Source of the DNA: Bugula neritina
Lineage: Eukaryota; Animalia; Bryozoa
Assembly (NCBI GenBank): GCA_964035545.1
Contig: OZ037772.1
Coordinates: 6,680,889 to 6,744,888, forward strand
Length of the DNA stretch: 64,000 bases
Direction of reading: 5' to 3'
Shown here piece by piece: positions 54,848 through 64,000 of the stretch. Made by a program: the position numbers and the translations under genes. The notes below the pieces were generated by a model that did not search any database, had not been told where the DNA came from, and worked only from the letters and a program-made list of their open reading frames with translations. Every line of letters starts with the position of its first letter. The stretch's first letter is position 1.

Positions 54848-56993
54848 ATAATGCGCTAAGCCTATGTTGGACTTGATTGTTAATATATGTTCCACATTTT
54901 ACATTGTCATTCTATTGTTTAACATTTGGATTTAATGGGATAATATTTTGTTCTTATAACTACAATATATTCTAAATGAAATGACTTTTCACAAGTCTGA
55001 CAACACTTTTTTAAACGACCCATATAATGGATGTGATTTCATAAACTCTTCAGCAGTCACAGAAACCATTTTCAGTATGATTCTTACCCATAGTACAAAT
55101 CCTGATAAACTCATGTTCAATACTATCTAAGTAATTGTGTTTGTGAGATTGCTTTAAATTGTATTTAGGTTGAGCTTAATCAGAGTTGGTTACCAGAATA
55201 ATTATTACTCTAATATATAATTTTTGCATATATATTATGCTATCTAACTATATTAAACTAATATTGGGAAGTTGCCTGTTTATAGCATAACATCAAAGCA
55301 TGTACACATATTATATTATATTATTAATAAAAATTATACTATATAGCACTCTATTATACTATATAACAGTATATTTGTTATAATTATTTACTTTTCAACT
55401 GAAGTCGAAGCTTTTTCACAAAAAGCTGTTTTAACACTTAACGAAAATAAAAAGGAATAAAACACACAAGTTTAAAGCTAGTTATGTGGCCAATAATCAT
55501 TTTCAGTGAGCTAGCTAAAACTATAGTATGTGTTTGCAAATAGTTCTAATCTTAACTTATATAATGCTCGCAACTGTTTATTGCTGCATGCAAATGTTTT
55601 TCATTCTAATTTATAAAAGAAATTTATAAAGTAATGTAGCTTTTCTATACACACTGTTTAAACATCCAATACTAACCGTTTTACAATCTTTAATAATATA
55701 TGCGATTGCATACAACCAAATTCTTAAATAATGAATACGTAATGATCAGCAAGACTGGCATAGAAGTTTTTTAAGGCAATAATAAAGCAGAAAAAAGTGG
55801 CGAGTTACTATAATATGGAGTGAAAAAGCGTGATGCTATTTATAACATATCGCACAAAAAAATCTCAGTAATTATCATTATATGTTATATACAATTACAT
55901 TTATAACTTCCTATAGATCTCAATAACTGTATAATTATAACATGGGAGCATAACTGCTATAATTTTGGAGGTTATATATAACTAAAAATATTCAAACTGG
56001 TTGACCTACATTCAATGGTGCTCTAGATTATATTTTACTACAAAGTTTCTATAAAGATATAATTTTTAAATTGTGAGATGTTGTAAATATTGATTATAAG
56101 TTTTTTTCTACACAATTCGTACCAAGGTAAAATATTTTTTTATGGAAACTAATGCGGTAGGCCTATGTACATGTATGTGTGCATGATGGTGTAAAACCAT
56201 TCCTAAAGTAATTATTATCAAACAATTGGTAGCATATAACAATAGGATTAAAATGTGGTGTTCTACATTGATCATCACATGCTTATTGAATATAAAATAT
56301 TATTGTTGATCACAGCTAGAAGACGAGAACCATATAAAGCTGTTTTGATATAAGAGGTTATTATTGATCAATAGAAAGTTATACATGAATCAATAAATAT
56401 ATATACAGATTGAGAACAGTTAGTATAGCCTGAGTCCTGTTAATTATACCAACAAACCTTTCTTCTTATCATAATGGATGTTATTGAAAAACGACTATAT
56501 ACAAATAACATATTATACTCTGATGAAAAGAAATAAAACTGCCATTAACTAAACCTCTTCATTTTTTGTCAATTGACATATTGTATTGCATTTGGTATAA
56601 TATAAGTTGACATGCATGTTGTAATGAAGTAATTTGATAAAGCCTCAATAACTCGATATTATATATAGTCAATAACTATAGCTAGTACAGGTTCAACCTT
56701 AAACAACCCACTAACTTAGCAGAGTATAGTCTATACATACAAGCACTAACTATATATAAAATTAATCAATTATAAAAGCCACACAGAGTGAGCATTCAAC
56801 AATCTTTGTTGGAGAAAGAATTGTTTGAAGCCACAGCTAAACTAATTAGGATTACAAAACTTATGCTAGTACCAGCAATGGGTTCTATGCTCATTGTATA
56901 ACACTCACAATACTCTATATTCATGTATTTGCTATGACAAAAAGTAATTCAATAGAGTTCCTTTAAGAAAAAAACAATGCTAAATGGCAAGCA

Positions 56994-57003
56994 GGGAATT
57001 CCC
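56994..57003. promoter_or_regulatory. Palindromic NF-kB-type site GGGAATTCCC (also 59089-59098, 61172-61181)
   Basis: Exact match to the GGGRNNYYCC consensus, unchanged in all three repeat units, ~340 bp upstream of each module. Binding is untested. Confidence 0.5.
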
Positions 57004-57339
57004 CATTTAGACTAAGTAACAGCTTTTCCAAATCAGTTTTATTGTCGTAGATGATTTTCCAATAAGAACTTACCAAGATTGTAAGAGCATAGGCTACAAT
57101 GCTATTATAAAAATAAAACTGCTTGATCTTTTCTTGACTACTTTCAAATGAATGCCTGCTCAATAAATCAATATTATGTTTTATAGTATGAGATTCTAAG
57201 CCAGCTTTATTATGGTCAAAGCTAGACTTGATTAAAATATAGATTTTGGCACATTGTGGAGTGAAGCATTCAATAGAGTCAAAGGCTAGGTAAATATTGA
57301 AAAAGAAAGGAGTCTACTGAAAGATAAAGGGTATACGTT

Positions 57340-57498
57340 GATAAAAGGAAACTGACCACCATTTTATATGTAAGTTACTCCTTCAACTGTTTTCTGCTCC
57401 AGTATAGCTACATACCATCTACTGTATCACTCCAGTGCTTATACCACTCTAGTATAACCAAACACAAATTACTGTACCATTGAGTGAGAGAGGTGAGT
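57340..57498 (+). promoter_or_regulatory. Module M9 (M10 at 59436-59593, M11 at 61517-61693)
   Basis: GATAAAA..AAACTGAC, conserved body, AG|GTGAG donor in each unit. Confidence 0.45.
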
Positions 57499-60400
57499 TA
57501 AAAACCTTGACATGTTTTCTTTTTGATATTCTACTTTAGTTCTTATGAAATTGAGCTAAAGATATGCTCTGGTGACTATAGCTATTTTTCTTTTTTTCCT
57601 ATAACCTGCCTATTGTAATTTTGTTTTCTAATTTATTGCTTGGATATTGTATATAACTAACAGCTTTCAAACTATTTGACCTACATTCAATAGTGCTGGA
57701 AGCTTGTTACTCCAATATATAGAGAATTCTCATAAGACATAAAATGACTAAATTGTGAGACTTTATTGTTGATATGTTTACACTTTGAATACTAACTCTT
57801 TTATAATCTATAATCTATGCTATTGCATACAACAAGATTCGTTATTAATGAATATTCAATAATCAGCAAGACTGGCATGGAAATTTTTTTAAAACAGTAA
57901 CTAAGCGGTAAAAAGTGGCAGGTTACTAAAACATGGCATGATAAAGCGAGATACTATTTATGAAATATTACACAAAAGACATTCAGTATTCATTATTATT
58001 ATGCAATGTACAATTGAGTTTATGACCACCTATCTGAATAACTGTATAATTATATCATGAGAGCATAACTGCTATAATTTTGGAGGTTAAATATAATTAA
58101 CAACATTTAAACTGGTTGACCTACATTCAATGGTGCTCTAGATTATATTTTACTACAAAGTTCCTATAAAACATATCATTTTTAAATTATGAGATGTTAT
58201 AATTATTGATTATAAGTTTTTTTTCACACAATCCGTACCAATTAGGTAAAATCTATTTTATGGAAACTAATGCGGTATGTACATGTATGTGTGCATGATG
58301 GTGTAAAACCATTCTTAAAGCAATTATTATTAAGCAATTGATAGCATATAACAATAGGGTTAAAATGTGGTGTTCTATAACATTGATCATCAAATGCTTC
58401 TTGAATATAAAATATTATTGCTGATCACAGCTAAGAGACGAAAACCATATAAAGCTGTTTTGATATAAGAGGTTTATATTGATCAATAGAAAGTTATACA
58501 TGAATCAATAAGTATATATACATATTGAGAACAGTTAGTATAGCCTGAGTTCTGCCAATTATACTAACAAACCTTTCTTATTATCATAATGGATGTTATT
58601 GAGAATCGATTATATACAAATAACATATACTCTAACGAACAGAAATGAACCTGGCTTTAACTAAACTAATCTTTTCTATCAATTGACATATTGTATTGTA
58701 TTTTATATAATATAAGTTGAGATGCACGTTGTAGTAAAGTAAATTGATAAGGCCTCAATAGTAAATAGCTATATAGTGCATGCAGTTTAAACTTTAAACA
58801 ACCCACTAACTAAGCAGAGTATAGTCCATACATACAGGCACATACTATATATAAAATTATTAAATTATAAAAGCCACACCAAGTGAGCATTTAACAAACT
58901 TTGTTGGAGTAACACTTGTTTGAAATCACAGCCTAAATAATTATGATTAAAAAACATTATGCTAGTACTAATGATAGTCTCCACGCACATTGTAACGCTC
59001 ACAATAGTCTATATATACATGTGTTTGCTATGAGAAAAAATAGTTCAATGCAGTTCCTTTAAGAAAAAACAATGCTAAATTGCAAGCAGGGAATTCCCCA
59101 TTTAGACTAAGTAACATCTTTTTCAAATCAATTTTATTGTCGTTGATGATTTTCCAATGAGAACCTAACAATATTGCAAGAGCAAAGGCTGCAATGCTAT
59201 TACAAAAAGAAACTGCTTGATTTCCCCTCGAGTCCTACTAATGAATGCCTGCTCAATAAATCAATATTATGTTTCACAGCATGAGATTCTAAGCCAGTTT
59301 TGTTGTGATCAAAGCTAGGCTTGATCAAAAGATAAAGTTAGGCATATTGCATTATGAAGTATTCAATAAAGTCAAAGGCTACGTAATTATTGAGAAACAA
59401 AAAAGTCTACTGAAAGATAAAGGGTTATATACATTGATAAAACAAAACTGACTACCATTTCATATGTAAGTTACTCTTTCAGCTGTTTTCCGCTCCAGTA
59501 TAGCTACATACCATCTACTCTATCACTCCACTACTTACTACTCTAGTATAACTAAGCACCAATTACTGTATCACTGAGAGGAGAGAGGTGAGCTAAAACC
59601 TTAACATGTTTTCTTTTCCATATTCTACTTGACTTCTTTTGAGGTCGAGGTATAATAGATATGCTCTGGTGATTAGCTATTCATAATTTTTTTCCTATAA
59701 CCTGCCTATTGTAATTTTGTTTTCTAATTCAGTGCTTGGATATTGTATATAACTAACAGGTTTCAAACTAGTTGACCTATATTCAATAGTGCTGGGAGTT
59801 TGTTACTCCAATATATAGAAAATTCTCATAAGACATAAAATGACTAAATTGTGAGACTTTATTGTTTATATGTTTACACTTTGAATACTAACTCTTTTAT
59901 AATCTATTGCATACAACAAGATTTGTTATTAATGAATATTCAATAATCAGCAAGACTGGCATGGAAGTTTTTTTAAAACAGTAACTAAGCGGTAAAAAGT
60001 GGCAGGTTACTAAAACATGGCATGATAAAGCGAGATACTATTTATGAAATATTACACAAAAGACATTCAGTATTTATTAATATTATGCAATGTACAATTG
60101 AGTTTATGACCTCCTATCTGAATAACTGCGTATAATTATAACATGAGAACATAACTGATATAATTTTGGAGGTTATATATAATTAACAACATTCAAACTG
60201 GTTGACCTACAATCAATGGTGCTCTAGATTATATTTTACTACAAAGTTCCTATAAAACATATAATTTTTAAATTATGAGATGTTATAATTATTGATTATA
60301 AGTTTTTTTCCATACAATCCAGACCAATTAGGTAAAATATTTTTTATGGAAACTAATGTGGTATGTACATGTATGTGTGCATGATGGTGTAAAAGCATTC

Positions 60401-63400
60401 CTATTAAGCGATTGATATCATATAACAATAGGGTTAAAACATGATGTTCTATATTTATCACCACATGCTTATTAGATTTGCAATATTATTATTGATCACA
60501 GCTAGGAGACGAGAAGCATATAAAGCTGTTTTGATATAAGAGGTTAATATTGATCAATAGAAAGTTATACATGAATCAATAAGTATATATACACATTGAG
60601 AACAGTTAGTATAGCCTGAGTCCTGTTAATTATACCAACAAACCTTTCTTATTATCATAATGGATGTTATTGAGAAACGTTTATATACAAATAACATATA
60701 CTCTAATGAAAAGAAATGAAACTGCCATTAACTTGACCTTTTTCTTTTCTGTCAATCGACATATTGTATTGTATTTTACATAATATAGGTTGACATGCGT
60801 GTTGTAATGAAGTAAGTTGATAAAGCTTCAATAGCTAGTACAGGTTCAACCTTAAACGACCCACTAACTTACCAGAGTATACAGTCCTTACATGCAGACA
60901 CATACTATGTATAAAATTATTAAATTGTAAAAGCCACACCTAGTGAGAAATTTATTAACTTAGTTGGAGTAACAATTGTAGGCATACAAACTTTAGTTTT
61001 AAGCCACAGTTAGAATAATTATGATTACAAAAATTATGCAACAGTATCTACCAACAAAGGTCTCCAGGCTCATTGTAACACTCACAATAGACTATATTAA
61101 TGTATTTGCTATGACAAAAAGTAATTCAATACAGTTCCTTTCAGAAAAAAAACAATGCTAAATGGCAAGCAGGGAATTCCCTATTTAGACTAAGTAACAG
61201 CTTTTCCAAATCAGTTTTATTGTCGTAGGTGATTTTCCAATAAGAACTTACCAATATTGTAAGAGCATAGGCTACAATGCTATTACAAAAATGAAACTGC
61301 TTGCTTTTTTCTTGACCACTTTCAAATGAATGCCTGCTCAATAAATCAATATTATGTTTTATAGCATGAGATTCTAAGCCAGCTTTATTATGATCAAAGC
61401 TAGACTTGATTAAAATATAGATTTTGGCATATTGTGGGGTGAAGCATTCAATAGAGTCAGAGGCTATGTAAATATTGTGAAACAAAAGAGCCTACTGAAA
61501 GATAAAAGCTTAGTTTGATAAAATGAAACTGACTGCCATTTCATGCAATGTAGGCCTACAATAAGTGCAAGTTACTCCTTCAGCTGTTTTCCGCTCCAGT
61601 ATAGCTATATACCATCTACTGTATCACTCCATTGCTTCGTACTCTAGTATAACTGTACACCAATTACTGTATCATTGAGTGAGAGAGGTGAGTTAAAAAC
61701 CTTAACATGTTTTCTTTTCCATATTCTACTTTAGTTCTTATGAAATTGAGCTAAAGATAGGCTCTGGTGACTATGGCTATTTATATTTTTTTTCCTATAA
61801 CCTGCCTATTGTAATTTTGTTTTCTAATTTATTGCTTGGAGGTTATATATAATTAACAACATTCCAACTGGTTGACCTACATTCAATGGTGCTCTAGATT
61901 ATATTTTACTACAAAGTTCCTATAATACCTATATATAATTTCTAAATTGTGAGATGTTATAATTGTTGATTATAAGTTTTTTTCCACACAATCCAGACCA
62001 AGGTAAAATATTTTTTATGGAAACTAATGCCGTATGTACATGTATGTGTGCATGATGGTGTAAAACCATTCTTAAAGCAGTTATTATTAAGCAATTGATA
62101 GCATATAACAATAGGGTTAAAATGTGGTGTTCTACATTGATCATTACATGCTTATTGAATATAAAATATTATTGTGGATCACAGCTAGGAGACGAGAGCC
62201 ATATTATAAAGCTGTTTTGATATAAGAGGTTAATATTGATCAGTAGAAAGTTACACATGAATCACTGAGTATATATACAGATTGAGAACAGTTAGAATAG
62301 CCTGAGTCCTACCAATTATACCAACAAACCTTTCCAATTATAATAATGGATGTTATTGAGAAATGACTATATACAAATAACATATACTCTAATGAAAAGA
62401 AATGAAACTGCCATTAACTAAACCTTTTCCTTTTCTGTCAATTGACATATTGTATTGTATTTGATATAATATTAGTCGACATGAGTCTTGTAATGAAGTA
62501 ACTTGATAAAGGTTCAGCAGTCAATAGCTATTACATGCAGGCTCAAATTGCTCTGGTAGGGTAAATTAACATTGCTTGTTTAGCACGCTTTTGTGTGGCA
62601 TTGCGTATGCTAAACTAATGGCCAGTTTTGCAGTAGCTTCACCATTACCTTCAAAAGAATGCAAATATCATCTAATTATTGTAAGCTTTTCAAGTTAATT
62701 TGTCCTGCAGCTGACACGAGTAAAACTATTATCGTATTTCATTTTCATGATATACATAGCTCTAATTCTGAAAAAGCACTAGATAGAGTTGAAATTAAAC
62801 TTGATCTATTCATTGCTAAAGCATTACAGCTATGAATAATATATACATGATTACCTGAGTGATACCACAATAATAACTTGCAAATATAGTTTAAATGTAA
62901 TAAAAAAACAATCTGGCGAAAGATTATATATGAGAAGCTGTTTTTGTAATAATTCCCTGCTCTAGGGTGAATTAGAAAAGTTGTTTTAGAGCAAAATTTT
63001 TGTATAAATTAATTGAATAAAATCATTGGGAGTTTTATGAAGGTCTATTTGTGTATGAGTATGTAACAACTCAAGTTCTTAGATTTTATGTAATTTGTGA
63101 TGCAAGGTTGCAAATAAGAATCCTATTTTAATGAAACTTAGACATATGTAAGCAATAAAGATAATGAAAAAAAACTATTATAGTTGCTAATTAGCCAATA
63201 TATTACTTGCATATGGTACAAATAATTGCGTGCATGCATGTTCAGTTTATTAGCATTGGTTAGGTATAATTGGAATATATATTATATTGATTTGATGGAG
63301 ATTGGAGAAAATCATTATACGTTCTGTTATGTAATGTTCTTTTACTACAATACAACCACTTTTTTACATTGGTTTGGTAATTACTTTGTAAATCATTTAT

Positions 63401-64000
63401 TACTTGATGCAATATTTGTTCCTGCAACTTTGGAGAGTGGCAAAATGCATTTCAAAGACATATATTATGTGATTTTAATTATACAGCATGGTAACAATAT
63501 ATTATATATACAGGTATATATTTTGTATTATATTAAATTTAGGCTATACATAGCAAGACATTTATAATTAAATGAATTAATGGCTAAGTTCAAATATCTT
63601 AGCCTTATAGATTACATTTTTATGAGCAATAAAAATGTAACTCTTTTGTTACGACATTTGTCCATGCATAAAAGCAAAACTTACAGCAAGAAATCCTTAG
63701 CTAGAAAGATAAATAATAATTATTTACTTTTATTACATCAAAAGCTAATAGCAGCAAGCATTCAATAAATAATGGCAATTTACCTAGTGTAATTTTTCTT
63801 AAACTAGCTGAGTTTGCTAGGTATACTTTATTAAATTTATTAGCGTAGTATATTATGTCACTTATATATTTTTAAGACTTTAAGAAAAATAATGTTTTAG
63901 CTGCGTTATTCCTAATGCAAGACTTATAAATTTACAATATATATTCGATGTCTTGGTGGGAAGAGCTAAAATATTATATTTGTGATTAGAAAGAAAACAA

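Larger units (their letters stand above)
55660..62540 (+). repeat. ~2.1-kb non-coding tandem repeat, about 3.3 units
   Basis: Marker gagaacagttag.atagcctgag at ~56413, 58527, 60598 and 62284. GGGAATTCCC at 56994, 59089 and 61172. Modules M9-M11 with donors at 57493, 59588 and 61688. Confidence 0.93.

Noticed and set aside
62540-64000. ORFs 63226-63567 and 63580-63768
   Set aside because: AT-rich, no recognisable domain or splice structure, no similarity to the TRIM exons.

Overview
AT-rich, intron-containing animal (invertebrate-like) genomic DNA; no prokaryotic features. The window is a + strand tandem array of five copies (A-E) of a 7-coding-exon TRIM-like gene: C3HC4 RING, B-box1, B-box2, coiled coil, and a six-bladed NHL-like beta-propeller. 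Copies C (594 aa) and E (596 aa) reconstruct as complete ORFs with GT-AG introns and identical exon phases. A is cut by the window edge and has two tandem terminal exons. B has lost half of B-box1 and both coiled-coil exons. D has lost its RING exon at a (TA)n tract but is otherwise intact. Differences between copies cluster in short propeller loops, and the copies are intron-by-intron mosaics of each other. Between the genes, a ~150-bp module (AAATGAAACT IRF-like motif, short non-coding segment, GTGAG splice donor) recurs 11 times. Three of these lie in a ~2.1-kb tandem repeat that also carries a perfect NF-kB palindrome. Mobile DNA includes a degenerate Gypsy element, two solo-LTR families, RTE LINE fragments, a truncated DDE transposase and a GRG-ended MITE family. 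Overall reading (inference): a rapidly diversifying invertebrate innate-immune TRIM receptor/E3 locus. All alignments were done by eye.
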